Source: Moniliella sp. 'wahieum'
Taxonomy: Eukaryota
Length of the DNA stretch: 64,000 nt
Assembly (NCBI GenBank): GCA_003971905.1
Contig: RSEE01000024.1
Location: 620,001 to 684,000, forward strand
Direction: 5' to 3'
Positions 62,696 through 64,000 of the stretch are shown here, in pieces. The translations under genes and the position numbers were made by a program. The notes under the pieces were generated by a model that worked only from the letters and a program-made list of their open reading frames with translations, was not told where the DNA came from and did no database searches. Position 1 is the first letter of the stretch. The number at the start of each line of letters is the position of its first letter.

Positions 62696-63050
62696 ACTGA
62701 GTACTGACTGAGTACTGACGCTGGCAGGAAGAGAACCTGGCAGCGAGTGGCTGGCTGCGGCCGTATGTGGACCAGCTGCGTCCGGGCACCGCAGCACTGT
62801 GCCAGCCGCCGCCGCTGCGACGGACGAGCAGCGTAGCGCGTGACGTCATGGCGGGGGGCGGCGCTGCGCTGGCGCCGTGCCGCCCCCGCGACCGACGACT
62901 GCGGGTCGGGGGTGGCGCGGGGGGGTGGCACTGGCCAGGTGCGGCCCACCTGGTTCTCGCGAGCGAGCACTAAAGAGGGGCAGCCGACGGCGAGCGTAAT
63001 CGGCCCCAGTACGTGGCAGCATATATGTACTCAGACCGAGTACTCAGATC
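62696..63050. repeat. Heptamer units (TGA-GTAC-TGA twice; TCA-GATC) upstream of the RRM gene
   Basis: Read directly from the sequence. Confidence 0.8.
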
Positions 63051-64000
63051 CTGATCTCGGGTCTCTCCTCTCTCCTCTCCCTCGTCGCTCGACTGGCGCA
63101 AAGACTCGCGCAATTGGCGCCCGCCGGCAAGCGCCAATGGCGCATCGGCTCGCACCCGCAAGCCTTTTGCTCTCTGCCTTTCCCCGCGCCACCGCCACCA
63201 CCGCCCTGGGCGTGACACCCCGGCCACCCCCCACCCCCTGCCACTCCACAGAATGCACCGGCAAAGCCACAGCCCTTATTCCTACTGACTGATCGCACCG
63301 TGACACATGTCCTCAGAAGCCATCCATGCCAACGACGATAGATGGTCATCTTCGCTTGCTCCGCGCGTTGTAGTTGTGTTGAACGTTGGCCGTCGGACCG
63401 TGTCAGCATCCACTGTCGCACTCCCCAAGCGAACCACAATCGTGCCGCAAACCAAGGTAATTGTATCCTGTGCAAATCCATTTGACACATGTGCATTCCT
63501 CACTGCATTCATTCAATCGGGGGTATCGCCTCTCCCCCCGTTTTCGCGTGTTGTGGCCTCCGCCGCGTCGGCTCTCCTAGGCTCATCTGTTTGCATTCCA
63601 AGCCCAATGTTCTGGCTCCGGCTCTCGTTCCCTCAAGTTGCTTTCGAGCCTCGCCTCTTTTTTCTAGAGTCAGTTGCTCCCTTGGCGGACCATGCGCTCC
63701 ATTTGGCCAGGGGCGCGCCCCACTAGCCCACCTGTGCATCTGGGTCGCACGCGCGAAGCGTGTCGCGTGAACCAGGCCCGAGAGGAGGTAGCTACGTCGA
63801 GCCACCAGCAGAACGGGAACCAGGTGGGGGACGACCAGCGCTGTCGTCACAGTCATTGGTGGATGCCTACTAGTATGGCCCAGCCGCATCCCAGCCTCGA
63901 CGCAGCTACTCGGTTGTCCAACCGACTGCGACTGCCGACTGATGCTGTGATGCAAGATGCAAGAGGAGGTCTTAGTCCAACGTCAGTCGGGGGGGTTGGG

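Overview
Intron-containing fungal genomic DNA, most likely Basidiomycota/Ustilaginomycotina (inferred from short GT-AG introns with CTRAC branch sites and Ustilago-like proteins). The first 31 kb is gene-dense: RMD1/DUF155-like gene, two inverted copies of an F-box/beta-propeller gene, a small secreted protein, NEO1 flippase, PEX12, a monoglyceride lipase, CBK1/NDR kinase, PP2C, an Apq12-like membrane protein, eEF1B-gamma with an intronic snR38-like snoRNA, an SH3 protein and a Zn2Cys6 factor. An 11 kb gene-poor block with relic repeats follows. The remainder holds a HAL-family kinase, a GPI-anchored chitin deacetylase, an intron-containing tRNA-Gly(GCC), a Cib1/Hac1-like bZIP, a secreted Ayg1-like hydrolase and a two-RRM protein. 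Many genes carry single-base frameshifts, probably assembly errors. The strongest unexplained signal is a 7-bp grammar in intergenic DNA: TNA + 4-bp palindrome + the same TNA, where the palindrome is built from the two bases flanking the TNA. It occurs at more than 40 sites with at least 14 different palindromes. Aligning the two F-box paralogues shows single 7-bp units present in one copy and absent in the other, which points to a recurrent mutational process (5-bp duplication plus 2-nt inverted filler). The F-box duplicate is also circularly permuted with a CBK1 fragment, suggesting a circular DNA intermediate.
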